This document shows positions 25,128-38,369 of a DNA stretch of 64,000 bases, in pieces. The DNA is from Octopus vulgaris. Lineage: Eukaryota. The DNA is taken from NCBI GenBank assembly GCA_951406725.2, contig OX597821.1, positions 53,940,001 through 54,004,000 on the forward strand. Reading direction: 5' to 3'. Every line of letters begins with the position of its first letter. Position 1 is the stretch's first letter. The notes under the pieces were generated by a model that saw nothing but the letters and a program-made list of their open reading frames with translations, did not search any database and had not been told where the DNA came from. The position numbers and the translations under genes were made by a program.

Positions 25128-25918
25128 GTATATATATAATGGTAATGCTTCAAAATGATCCTTTCACCAATCCTCACCTGTTTCCAAACAAGTTAGTATT
25201 TTCTCATGGGCAGTCACGGTATGAGAGTAATGCTCGTTTACAATGTCAAGAAGAGGAGACACAAACATACATGCATACATACTTGCATACACACATATAT
25301 TCATACGTATATACATACTTTTAAAGATGGTGATTTGCTGAAAACACATATATTTGCATTGTCCTGAAACTGTCTAAGGAAATCTCTCAGAAAATGGGAA
25401 ATCAAAATTGAAACAACTCTGATGGAAATGCTGTATATTATAAAATTGATATATTTGACTGAAAGAATATCTTTTATCAAAAAGGAAAAAAAATATGAGG
25501 CTTAAGTACATTCAAAATTTTCAACAAGACCAAGTGTGTATGAAAACTTTGAAAATTCTCAAAACAAAAAATTGAAGTTCTCAAATTGTGGTAAAAATTT
25601 CAGTTTCTTAAAATATAAACTGTAACAAATGTGTGTATGCAATTTTCATTTTATTCAATTCTTGAAAATTATAAAATGGCGAAATCTTATGGTAAGATCG
25701 TTTTCATTCTATTTACATGTTGCACATTCTTGTGTTGATAGCTTTCATATTATTATAAACAAATAGGCTTCACATACATATATTTGCACATTATCAGGGA
25801 TAACAGTAATTAAATAATTAATTACATACATTTTCCATGATTATCAAGGGAGATGTACATTTCTTTCTTTTCATTGTGTTGAAACATCATCTCTATCTAT
25901 CTATGATTCTGTCTGCTT

Positions 25919-26093
<175 letters not shown>

Positions 26094-26107
26094 GTATGTA
26101 TATATGT

Positions 26108-26390
26108 ATCATCATCATCATCATCATCATCATCGTTTAACGTCTTTTTTCCTTGCTAGCATGGGCTGGACAGTTCGACCGGGGTCTGGGAAGCCAGGAG
26201 GCTGCACACCAGGCTCCAGTCTGATCTGGCAGTGTTTTTACAGCTTCATGCCCACCCTAATACCAACCACTCCATGATTGTAGTGGGTGCTTTTTATGTG
26301 CCATTGGCACGGAAGCCAGTCAAGACGGCGCTGGCATCAGCCACGTTCGGATGGTGCTTTTTACATGCCACCAGCACAGGTATCATAACT
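26108..26390 (-). mobile_element. Retroposon family C 3' part with a (GAT)n tail
   Basis: Reverse complement of the 332-465 motif plus upstream ggcac-containing repeats. Confidence 0.8.
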
Positions 26391-26694
26391 ACAATTTCCA
26401 TTTGATTTTTATTTTGATGTTGGTGTACTTAACTTGATAGGTCCCCTCAAGCATAGCAGGTCACCCTACGATCCAAGGTAAGCACAGCAGGTCGTCCTAT
26501 GATCCAAAGTACTTTTGAATGGGCTGGGGCTGTAGGGTATTTGGGAAATTAATTTTTTCTTTCCCAAAATTAGACTTTAATTAACAATATTTTGTGAGGA
26601 ATTCTGTAGGTTACAGTTGAGTTGTATGCTAATATTTCTCAATCTTATTTGGTTTTTATATTGCATTGCAATTCCGATGTTGTTGTAAACTTTT

Positions 26695-26726
<32 letters not shown>

Positions 26727-26929
26727 GCGTGCGTGTGTGTGTTAGTACTATATGTATTGTTATAAGTAGTGTTAGTGCTATATGTTCTGGTTATATGTAA
26801 CCCAGTACAACCTGTTGCATTGCTACCCATTTCCTCATTCACAACCAGTTGGTGCCCAATAGTTTAGATTTGCTGTCTTCTTGAATTTAATATTCTTGTC
26901 ATATGAACTATGAACATATCTAAGTATTG

Positions 26930-27290
26930 TATTTGTTCTCAGTAAAAATACTGAAGAGTTATTTTCAAGTTCAAAGTAAGACATTCATTAACCTCTTAGA
27001 GACTTAAAGACTCCTTTTTCTATTTTATAATGTATTAATATTCTCATAATAAGTACATATTTAAGTGTTGTATGGTTGTAACTATAAATTCTCAAGTATT
27101 GTTTTCAAGTTTTAAGTAAAATTTTCATTAGCCTCTCTGAGACTTAGAGACTACTTTCCTTAGTTTATAATGTATTAATATTCGTGTAATATATCTGAGA
27201 GCTTATTTGTTCTAAATAAAAAAATTTGAAGCATTATTTTCAAATTCTAAGATAGTCATTAATTTGTCAGAGACTTCAGATTCCAACTTT
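26930..27290. repeat. Diverged tandem repeat, about three units of 130-140 bp
   Basis: tattttcaagtt...ttcatta..gagactt recurs with gagactt at 26999, 27139 and 27270. Confidence 0.75.
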
Positions 27291-27314
27291 TTTAATTAAA
27301 ACTTGTCAACATCC

Positions 27315-27440
27315 AACCCGTGTTCTGAGTTCAAATTCCATCAAGGTTGTCTTTGCGTTTCACCTTTTTGAGGTCAATAAAATAAGTACCAGTTGAACAC
27401 TGGGATTGATGTAATTGCTGGTCTTGTACCAAAATTGAAA
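27315..27440 (+). mobile_element. SINE family B-related fragment
   Basis: gttctgagttcaaattcc...aataagtaccagttgaacactggg. Confidence 0.7.
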
Positions 27441-27759
27441 TGAATATTAATATGTGTGTATCTGCTAATATGCAAGAGCAGTTTGCCTGCCAATCATAAG
27501 CCTTTTTTTCTCAGATTCTGAAAGCTTCCAATCCAGTTCACAAACTCTGGACAGCCACAATCAATATATGAACCATGAAAGGCAGGTTTGGTGAAACAGT
27601 TGAGGTGCTAGAACAGAGACATAGATGTGCACCACATGCAAGAGGTATGATGTAGGTTAGCCACAGACAAAACATTTCACAGGTAAAGGTATAAATTCTT
27701 CCAAGTGAGCAACAGTGGTAATGTGAGATGTGTAAGAATACATTTAGCAGAAACACAGG

Positions 27760-28950
27760 TAAAGTGAACAAGACTAGCTTAGACTAGTCTAGAAAAATAC
27801 ATCAGCAGCCATTATCTCTCCGTATGCTCCTCAGTGAGAAACATCTCCAACACCTGTCTGACTTCTGTTACAACATCATCAACTTTAGATGGCCTTTAAC
27901 AGTGATTGGCATGAGGGATTGTGGCTGATGATGAAGAATTACAACTTTGACAACAATCTCATCAAAGTACTCCAATTATTGTATGAAAACTCAATCAGTT
28001 TCGTTCACCTGGACAATACTGGAGATTCGCTTTGGACAACAATGAGTGTTCAACAAGGATGTCTCATCTCACTAATGTTTTTCAACATCTTCTTGGAGAA
28101 CACCAAGCAGAAGACACTGAAGACTTTCACCCTTCTATTTCCATAGGAGGATGGCCCATTTCCAACTTACACTTTGCAGATATTAACCTGTTAGGAAGCA
28201 GTGAAGTAGAACTACAGGAGCTCACCACCAGACTGGAAAAATATCAGGAACATATGAGATGGAGATCTTCCCTGAAAAGAACAAGATCCTGGTTAATAGT
28301 AACAAAACACAGCAGTCTACATCATGCTGGATTGAAAGAGACTTGATAAAGTGAACACATTTGAATATCTAAGATCCACTTTGACCAAGGATGGCAGATC
28401 CCAAAGGAGATAACAAGACTTTTGCTGCCATGATGAAGCTGAACAACAATTCCATTAGTTTTCAATCAAGATTCAGAGTGTACGAGATTCTGGTGACTTT
28501 GATCCTTTTGCATGGGTGTAAGAGCTGGACTCTTATAGCTGACATCGAGTGAAGAATCCAGGCATTTGAGCACCAGTGCTTCAGAAGGTTATTACACATC
28601 CTGTACACTGAGCATGAAATGAACAGCTTTGCCAGGCAGCAAATCAACAAATACTCTGGCAAACAGAAACTACTCCCTGCATATGAAAAAACAAAAAGAA
28701 ATTTGTCTTGGTACATTCATGTATCCAGGCATAACCCCCTGCCCAAAATCATTCTTCAGGGCACAGTTGAGGAAGGGTGAACAAGGGGCAGACAAAGAAA
28801 ATCCTAGTTTGACAACATCAAGGACTGGACAGTCACAACACATTGACCCTGCTGTGCACAACAAAGAATGGAGTCCAGTGGTGACAGTTGACTATGGAAG
28901 CATCTAGAGTGGCATCCCAATGACTAGCTGCATCAGTTACGGAATCTTTA
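27760..28950 (+). mobile_element. Decayed RTE LINE RT and 3' end with a (GAT)n tail
   Basis: AFNSDWHEGLW, VQQGCLISLMFFNIFLE, ISNLHFADINLL, FEYLRS, GCKSWTL, IQAFEHQCFRRLL. Confidence 0.85.
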
Positions 28951-29257
28951 TGATGATGATGATGATGATGATGCTCCCCAACTGGATTGCCAGCCAAAAA
29001 AATAAACGTTTTTATAACAATTCTTTTTTTTACAGACTCTTCATGATAAATTACAGTGGCGTTAATTTCATGGCTGGTCCCTTCAGTGGATATGTTGGGC
29101 AGCTGCATCCTGGTGGGTTCTGCAGTGTGACTAAGGCTATGGATCTGATTCTCAAAATGAGGAGGGAATGAGGCTCTTGAAGTTCTGGGATGCAAACGAT
29201 CATATGTGGTTGAGATGCAATCTTCTCAAACACACAGCCACACCAGCACTGCCCATA

Positions 29258-29301
<44 letters not shown>

Positions 29302-29310
29302 AAATATATA

Positions 29311-29490
29311 GGGTAGCGAATATTTTTAGAAATTTCACTACCAGTGGCCTAGCATGTATAAAAAGTTAATAGACAATATATTCTCAATATGTAGTTTCTC
29401 TTGTATTGAAATGTACCATATTTTATGTTGAGAATATGCTATCTATTGACAGGTCGCTGGTATTGAAATTTCTATAAATATTAGCTACCC
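29311..29490. mobile_element. Palindromic MITE with TA flanks
   Basis: gggtagcgaatatttttagaaatttcactaccagtggcct pairs with aggtcgctggtattgaaatttctataaatattagctaccc; a second inner arm aatagacaatatattctcaa / ttgagaatatgctatctatt. Confidence 0.85.
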
Positions 29491-29868
29491 TATATATATT
29501 ACGTATATGATTTTAGCTTTTTGACAATCAGTTCAGCATTTTTCATTTACTGCCGACTGAAACTGCGCTTGCATGGTGAATTTCAAAAATTATAACATAT
29601 AATGATGAGACATGTATTATTTGTCCCTAAATTAGATGTTAATGTTATGGCACGGTTACTGATAAGAATTTCGCCTGGCAAATTATTTTATTTGCCAAAG
29701 AAATTGGAAACCTATGTATAACCGTAAAAAAAATAACAAGGTAAAAGTTTTTATTTTTCATTCCCTTCGAAATTGCTCTTAAGTGTGGTTTCAGTCATTT
29801 TGACTGCTTCTTCTAGCGTGTAAAATTACCTGTTAAAGGTAGTTTCTCTTGTGTTCAAATGTACATTA

Positions 29869-29909
<41 letters not shown>

Positions 29910-31219
29910 CATCATCATTGGCATCATCATCATCATCGTTTAACATCCTCCATCCATGCTGGTATGGGTTGGATGGTTTGACAGGAACTGGCCAATATAT
30001 ATATATATATGGCAAGAGAGACTGACAGACTGACAGACAGACAGAGTCAGACAGAAACAGAGAGAGAGAGGTACAAATATATTTGAATAAGGAGTGAAAC
30101 CAATTATTGGTATTTTGAATGCATTTAATGACGTTCACTTTTCAAGTGATTACATTGGTTATGCACTGAATGGTTACATAGTTATCCACTTTCCTCAGAC
30201 ATTTCAAGCAAAATATATTTGTAATTTCAAATTTTCCTCTATATATAGCTGAATGCTTCAGTAAAAGCACAGGAAGGCCATGGTGCAAAAAGGAAAAGAA
30301 AAAAAAACAGAGGAAGTTCAAAAAACGAAAAAGAGAGGAAATTCAGAAAAAATGGGAAGAAAGAGAAAAAAGATAAATAGAAAGAAGATAAAAGAAAGAA
30401 TATACTTGTACAAAGTATTCAAGGAAGTAGAGAAGTTAATACTAACTTTCCAGCATTACTGTTGGGGAAAATGGTTAGCATTACCATTAACTATTCTAGA
30501 TATCCCTTTCCCATCATCCTCCTAGTTTCCTTCCTCTCTTCCCATCCTACAACACTTTACTCATGTTTTATTTTGTTTCTATTCTTAACAACTACCATAG
30601 AATGAAACCAAGATCAAACTATCCTAAATTATTACCACACGAATTTCCTAACCTTATACACTCCTACTGTCACTCTCTTTCTTTACTTAACACCTTCAGG
30701 CAACTCCTGAGTCCTTTCACAACACTTTCTAGCACAGAAGTTCTGTATATTCCATTCGAATGAAATCATTGATCTTCTGCTCATAGACACAGCTAATATA
30801 TAATATATTATTTTGAAAAACTGCTGAATACTATGTCTTGAATGCTATTTACGTTTTATAGAAGTTAAGCATTACTTGCGCTATCAGTGAAAAAAGATAA
30901 ATAAATTATGTGTGAAACTTTCTAAGTCTAGTCTCACATTAGCACTTTCCAATTGTATGCAATTATTTTTCTACAATTCTTCTCAGAATTATACATTTGA
31001 GGCACTGTTTCATTAATCTGAACTCTTACAGCTGTTGAAATAAAGGGATATATGAATAATTTCTTGTTGTGTTATATTTTAAGCACTTTATTATATTTAT
31101 AATTATATGTAATACTTTATTTAAATTCTTTGTTTTCCCTTTGCTGATGATTATCCATTTTTAATGATGTGCTTATGAAGACATACTATTCATCTATTTT
31201 TTTTTTTGTATGTATTGGA

Positions 31220-31670
31220 GACTGGTGCAGCCTTCTGGCTCACCAGCCCTCAGTCAAGCCGTCCAACCCATGCCAGCATGGAAAGCGGTTGTTAAATGAT
31301 GACGACGACAATGATGATGATAATGATGATGATGATAATATATGTATGTACCTGTATTCCACAGCAGAAGTGTTAAGGCTGCGTCCCTTAGTGAAGAGGA
31401 TTGATCTACAAGAGATCTTTGCCAGTGTCACATAAAAAGCATTCATGCTAGTGCCATGTAATAGCATTCTTGTCGTGTTATGCTGGTGCCATGTTAAAAG
31501 CACCCAGTAAACATTGCAAAGTGGTTGACATTAGGAAGGGCATCCAACCATAGATAAGTAGACTGGAAACCAAGCCTAAGTAGACTGGAGTCTGGTGCAT
31601 TCTGTGGCTTACCACCTCTGGTCAAACCATCCAACCCATATCAGCATGGAAAATGGATGGTAAAGGATGC
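31220..31670 (+). mobile_element. Two family C retroposon 3' fragments
   Basis: ccgtccaacccatgccagcatggaaagcgg...gatgacgac, and a second copy ending ccatccaacccatatcagcatggaaaatgg. Confidence 0.75.
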
Positions 31671-32219
31671 TTTGCTTGTTACTTTTGTAATTATTTATTA
31701 TACCTCTCCCTCCATCACCACATATACATATACATTTGTTTACTTAATTAATGGTTAGATTCTGTATCTACTTCATTTACTCAATTATAAACTATTCACA
31801 AATTATCTAACACAAATCATTATACCTAGGGATGACACAACATTTATTTTCTTCTGATTCATAAATTGACCAATCAATCAGAAGTTAGGCATCAATTTAG
31901 TCAATTTTTTTAGCATATATTTAGTATAATACTGGCCACATTATCCTTTAGTAGTAATATTACTATCGTTACAGTTCTATTATTATTATTATTATTATTA
32001 TTATCATTATTGTTGTTGTTGTTAGTACTGTTATCATTGTAAGCATCATTATCCTTGTTATTATTTATAATAATAACAGTAATATATATGTTTGTATTAC
32101 TATAATTATTTTTATTTTACAATCATTTTTCATTACTATTAACATTGTTTTATCAGTATCATTAATAGTTATTGTTTTTATTATTATTATTATCATCATC
32201 ATCATCATCATTATTATTA

Positions 32220-32578
32220 GAGAGAGGGGAAAGTTCGCCCCCCCACAGTAAATTTGTTGAAAGGTAGGTGAATGTGGCAAGGATGGCCCATGTGAATGGG
32301 CCTACTCTGAACTTTCGTTAATAAACCGGTGGAGTTTGGGAAGGAGAGGGGTGCCTGCTGAGGTGCATCTCGTGGTTGGGTATAACCAGAATGTGTGGGG
32401 TTTCTTGGTTGACTCTGTGAAGAACTCCCCACTTTTGATCAATTTTATTGTTTAATTGTTTTATTAATTGCTTTTGTTACTTATTGTATACAGGGCATTG
32501 TTCAACACCCCACTTGTCCCTTGTATTGTATTGACCCTGTTTGTTTTTTGTTTGGGCCTTGTGGCCAATAAATTAAAG
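32220..32578 (+). mobile_element. Probable LINE 3' end/UTR inserted in an (ATT)n tract
   Basis: Island richer in GC than its flanks, ending ttgtggccAATAAAttaaag, then (TAT)n; family not identified. Confidence 0.4.
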
Positions 32579-32589
32579 TATTTTTATTA

Positions 32590-32623
<34 letters not shown>

Positions 32624-33559
32624 CATCATTATTATTAGGTTATAGTTAGTATTTTTTAATAATACAATTACTGTTGTCATCATATTGGTGTTGGCTTTGT
32701 CTGTTACTTTTGTAATTAATTCAGATACCTCTCCCTCCACCACCACATTTCCAATTAATATGTTACAGTGTATTTGACCAGCACAATTATTTATCTGCAT
32801 ATCAATTTACCAGCCTACAGCTGACCACTATTGTTAAGGCCTAATAAGTATGTTCTGGTATTTGAAGGTGTCACCGTCTAGACAATACAGTATAAATTTT
32901 TTAAGATCATTATCTGCAAATGGTTGATACCATTTAAACAGCTTTAGAATTTACTGTCTTGTGTTTGACACTATAATTTATTATTACCTACTTATGTCAC
33001 GGCCCTTCTGAAGTTTATTATATAAATTTTTTAGCGTTCATAACAGTGTTATCTACCCCTTCACTTCCTTGGTTACATGTGCAAATATATTTTCTTCTTT
33101 CTCCTTTTGAGTTTTCTTTTTCTTTTTATTTAATCTGTCATTTTTTCTTTCATTTTCCTTTCTCTCTTCTCTTTCCATTTTTGTAATCTTTTTCTCCATT
33201 TCACTTGTGGTTTTACTAATGTATACAAATATGTATACGGTGAAATTTGAAACTATAGATGTATTTTGCTTGAAAATGAAAAAGGAAAGTGGATGACATA
33301 ACCATTCATTATGTAATCACTTGAAACGTGCATATCACTAAATGTATTTGAAATACCAATGAATAGTTTCATTCAATATTCAAATATTACGAGGCTTAAG
33401 TTTCAGAAAATTAGCATGGATAATGAAATTACAATGCAATACGAGTATAAATGAAATATCAATCTAAACATTGAGTCTCAAATATCTGGTAACATGCATT
33501 GCATTAAGCTAATTTAATGTGTGCACATTGTTTATGTGTGTTTATGCTCATGTATCTCT

Positions 33560-33745
33560 GCCACCACCACTTGGAATTTGTTTCTTTATCTCTCTGTAAA
33601 TTATCAGTTTGGCAGAAAGGATCCAAAAGAAAGAGTACCAAGCTTCGAAAAATAAGTACTGGGGTTGATTTGTTCAACTAAACTTTAAAGGTGATGTCTC
33701 AGCATGGCTGCACTCCAATGACTGAAACAAGTAAAAGATAAAAGA
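33560..33745 (+). mobile_element. SINE family A 3' half (diverged)
   Basis: aataagtactggggttgatttgttcaactaa...aatgactgaaacaagtaaaagat. Confidence 0.7.
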
Positions 33746-33759
33746 TGTGCCATTCATGT

Positions 33760-35170
33760 CGCAAGGTTCATAGATGTTCGGTGGATCCATGCAGTTGTTG
33801 AGTGGCACCCATGTGAACAGAAGAGAGCACTCTGAAGACCTCTAATCAGGTGTGAAGAAGATTTAAGAGGTTTTCCCTTACTTCATATCTTTAATCGCTT
33901 TATCAATCAGGGTACTATCAATTTGGGTAGCTGGTCCCTCAACTTGGTCAGCATTTGGCAGGTTCTCCTCTTCCCACTCATTCTTTACATTCAGCGTGGC
34001 ATCTCCAGGCCTCTTTCTTTCATTAAACGCAAGTGCACCATAATCCATGTGGACACATTTTTCTCCTCTGACATTACAATTCTCTCAGACACTGTCTTGC
34101 AATCCAAAATACTTCAGTTCTTGGATCCTAACATCACTGAACATTGGCAAACTTCTTTTCTGCTTCTCTCTTAGTGATATAAACTTGTTTCCTAGTCTCC
34201 CTTCTGACTATCTGGTACAGTTCCCTCCCTGCTACCCCCATTCCTCCACCACTACATGATCCTAGGTCTGGAAGGGACTTAGCACCAGCCACAGATATGG
34301 TCTGTGGTGCTCAGTAAGCTATCATGCAGGAATTTCCAGTTACCTCTATGTTGCAAGTCTGTAGCTCCTCCTCCCTCTCATGAAATTTCTCAATGAGGAT
34401 GTCCCTAAATCTCTGACCATGTGAAAGGTTCTTAAGCTTCAAAATCCTTCTTTTCTGGATTGGTATGCTTTTTAGTATCCTTCTGACTTGAGTCTATAGT
34501 CACTGATGACTAGTCTATACTGGATGGTGAGGATGAAATCAATCTCGCAAGCAGAGTCACCTGTTTGATAGGTTATCAGTTGGTTGGCTGGCTTCCTGAA
34601 GTTGGTGTTGCAGATTAATAGGTCGCTTCATTACCTAGCCAAGTTACCTCATCATTTTGGGAACCAGTTCAATGGCCCTCAGGATCACCATGGAAGATAC
34701 CAGATTGCTGTCCAGCATGCCCTTAAAATCTCCAGCCACAAAGATGAGGTCATTGTCACTCATCTTTGAGGTAGCCTGTAGAAGGATATCATAAAAGTGG
34801 TCCTTCTGATAATTTGGTAGGTCCACTTGGGGAGCATAGGCAGAGATAATTGTAGCTATATTATTCTGCATGACTAGCCTAAACTTAAGCACTCTATAGC
34901 ACACCCTCACTACCTCTATGATCTTATCCACCCATTTCTCTGCAATGAGTATGCCTGCACCCCTACTCTGTCATTGTTACCTTCCCAGAAGATTTTATAC
35001 CTATGTGCCTTGCCTGTGAGGATCCTGGCCGAAGCTCAGCTCCACCTTACCTTGTGTATGCAGCATACATCAACACGTCTCCGTTGAAGCATCTCTACAA
35101 TCTCACTAGACCTACATTTCAATGTGCCTACATTGACAGTGCCAACTCTAAAAACTGGGAAAGGAATGTG
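33760..35170 (-). mobile_element. Decayed RTE-type LINE APE endonuclease and linker region
   Basis: GTLKCRSSEIVEML, IISAYAPQVDL, LIFVAGDFKG, NTNFRKPANQLITY, IDFIL, QYRLVISD motifs. Confidence 0.85.
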
Positions 35171-35705
35171 GGAGGAAACTTAGGAAAGGGAGATGTTGTT
35201 CAGCACCTGAAAAGAAGGTTTCCTTGTTTGTTTGATAGACATGCTAAACCTGTTCTCACTTTTGACCTGTCATTATTCAAATCCTTCAAGCATGTTAAGA
35301 TTGTTGCCCCTTGTGGGGTAAAAGTATGTGTTAGCGACAGTGTAAGTATAAGCATTATGAGTATTGTAAATATAAGCATTATTGGTGCTGCAGATATAAA
35401 TAGAAATAAATAAGAGTAAATATGATTATGAATATGCCAATGCTAGATTAAGTAGGTGGGCTACTAAAGTGACTGTGTTAGTCCTGGGAAAGAGAGAGGA
35501 GGGAGGTGAGACTGCAAGTATGATAGAGGAGACCACCAGTGAGGGAGGGGGTTTCCAATGAGAGAAACGAGATATCTGGTATTAGTGGTGGGGTCAGGGA
35601 TTGGCAAGGATTATTTAAGAGATAGTACAAAAGATATTTTGCCAACATGAAAACACAGAGAAAAGCAGAAGCAAGGATTAAGAGATAGTATGAAAAAAAT
35701 ATGAT

Positions 35706-35845
35706 AGGCTTCTTTTAGTTTCCTTCTATCATATCTACTAGCAAAACTTTTGTCGACCTGACACTATATTAGAAGACACTTGCCCATGGTGCCATGCAGT
35801 GGGACTGAACCCAGAACCATATGCTTGGGAAGCAAGCTTCTTACT

Positions 35846-35846
<1 letters not shown>
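35706..35846 (-). mobile_element. SINE family A 5' half, truncated at a (CA)n tract
   Basis: agaagacacttgccc...gggactgaacccagaacc...cttactacacac. Confidence 0.75.
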
Positions 35847-35865
<19 letters not shown>

Positions 35866-35884
<19 letters not shown>

Positions 35885-36315
35885 GTTATTTGGCTTTATG
35901 CTATGCATGTTACCAGATATTTCAAACTCGATGTTTAGATTGAAATTTGATGCCTAAACCTATTTTGCATTGTGTGTGTGTGTGAATGTGTTTGTGTTTA
36001 TATATATATGAATTATCTGGATGATTAGTGATTGGAGAAATTGACAACAACATTGTATGCTATCCTTCCATATAAATGATTGCAGAAGTAAACAAACACA
36101 CAGACATAAACTCATGTACAGACAAATACATACACCTCTCTCTTTCTCTCTCTCTCTCTCTGTATACATATATATATATATAAACACAAACACATTCACA
36201 CACACACACAATGCAAAATAGGTTTAGGCATCAAATTTCAATCTAAACATCGAGTTTGAAATATCTGGTAACATGCATAGCATAAAGCCAAATAACTATA
36301 TATATATATATGTGT
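35866..36315. repeat. Perfect inverted duplication (arms ~35866-36010 and ~36167-36315)
   Basis: The unique ~115-bp core (35885-36000 vs 36181-36296) is an exact reverse complement, including (CA)7. Confidence 0.95.
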
Positions 36316-36782
36316 CTATTTGTCTGTCTCCGTCTCTCCCTCTACAGACACACACACATATCAGGCATGAGCCATCAGTAATTACCAAGAGTAAGCAGTT
36401 GGCAACTTTTATGTAATAAAACACACAAAAAATAAGCGAGACACAAGCATGCGACTAAGTTGAAGGCAGATCTATTTCTGCCTTTATAGCATGTATAAAA
36501 AAACGGTGTTGTAGAAATGTACGCAGTATATCTACATCAGCAGTACTATGCATAACTTAAATACTAAGATTGAAAAGCAGGGGCAAATTATTCCTACCTA
36601 ATCTATAAAAAATAAAACATTTTGCATTTTATGCATAGTAATCAGACTAACCTTCATAATTTTATTGAATTAGGTGCTTATTTTGCCATGAGAGGAAAAT
36701 GTTGCTACCAATCCATTTTATTCAAGGTAGGCACTGCCTACCTTGCCTACCAAAGTGGCACATCCCTGATAAATATGTATAT

Positions 36783-37240
36783 ATAGGAGAGTTTACAAAA
36801 AAAACAAAAGACGAAGACAGGTGGTGTACAAAACAAACAGATGTATTAGTATAACGCTTAGGAATAGAAAAAAGTCTTTTACGTTTCAAGCCTACACTCT
36901 TGTACAGAAAGGGACACAGAAAAAACAAGAAGAGAAAAAAATGTGTGTAGGGGCTAATAATCTATTATGGCAACTGCCATGATATATATATATATATATA
37001 TATATAACGGGAAGCTTTATGAAAATAGACAAAAGACGAAGGCAGGTTTACGGAAATAAACAAAAGACGAAGGCAGGTGGAATACAGACAAACAATTGTA
37101 TTAGTATGGCGCTCAGGAAATATAAATAAAACAAGTCTTTAACGTTTCGAGCCTACGCTCTTGTACAGAAAGGGACACAGAAAAAACAAGGAGAGAAAAA
37201 AATGTGTGTAATGGCTAATAATATATCATGGCAACCACCA

Positions 37241-37243
<3 letters not shown>
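36783..37243 (-). mobile_element. Two tandem ~200-240-bp pLTR-like elements with hammerhead-like folds, separated by (TA)n
   Basis: Copies at 36783-36982 and 37006-37243; minus-strand motif cttt-CTGTACAA-gagc gtag gctc-GAAA-cg-TT-aaag at 37137-37172 and a variant at 36876-36911. Confidence 0.7.
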
Positions 37244-37279
<36 letters not shown>

Positions 37280-38369
37280 CTGATAAGTCAGCATGTAACA
37301 TCTTAAGATATTTCTTTTTTTTTTTTCAGATGAAATTATGCTCATAGCATATTAATGCAAATTTAATGCACAAATTTGTAATTTAATTATTGAGTATTAA
37401 TGGAAACAGCTGTGAGAAGTAAAGATTACCAATTTGTTAATGATAAATAATTATTAACTTTCAACTCTCCATTTTCTTTTCTTCATCTAACTATATATAT
37501 GTGTGTGTGCATGTGTCTACGTGTATATGGCTCAAAAGCTGTGTAGAGTTATTACCTTTCACTGACTGACATGCTATATATAACCGCTTTTTAGATACTG
37601 GTTCTCACATCCTTAGACATTCAGTTATATTCGAGGAAAGACCCCAACTCCTAATTAGCTAGCAAGACCATTCCCAACCCCAGCTAAAACCTTTACAAGG
37701 AGAGCCTGTTATTATGCATCTAGATGGATCAAAAGGGGGATACCTCAAAGAAATAACAGGAAAATGGTGTTTCCAAAAGCAAAAGGCATGGATAAAGCCT
37801 ATGATCTCAATGGCTGAACTGGCAGAAGACAAAATCAAACTGGCTAAGAAGCTACACCTGGGCTCATAACATTCCTTAGTAGTTTCATTGCTTGATCCTA
37901 CATACCACATTTCACATGTGCTGCAGGGGATGTCTTTGAGACAATATTGCATAGGTGACTTCCTGGTATGTTGCTTTTCACCTGAATCGAAACCACTCCA
38001 CCAGTATTTCTCCACTGATTTTCTTTTCTTGTTTTTCATCCTCTTTTTATAAAATCCAACAGTGATAGGACAAGGATGACAGGGGCAGTTTTGGTGAAAC
38101 AAGGAGCTCCTAATCTGGACCAACATGTTTTTGGCTGAAGTGTGATAATTGCCTTTCTCGACCCCATAGCCACTCAAATATCCACATCTCGTATTACTTT
38201 ATTAGGAATACCACTGCCCACTTCAGATAGAAAAGGTTCTGCAAAATGTGGGCTAAGCATAGGATTCCAGTTGAAATCTGACTGGGAAAAGGCATCCTTG
38301 TGGTTACCTTGTATGTGATCAAAATAAAAAGGAATATCTCAGTCGCCCTACTGTTATGTCTATCAGAAC

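Noticed and set aside
37659-38177. 172-aa minus-strand ORF
   Set aside because: No recognisable motifs or splice context; it lies antisense, upstream of a decayed LINE.
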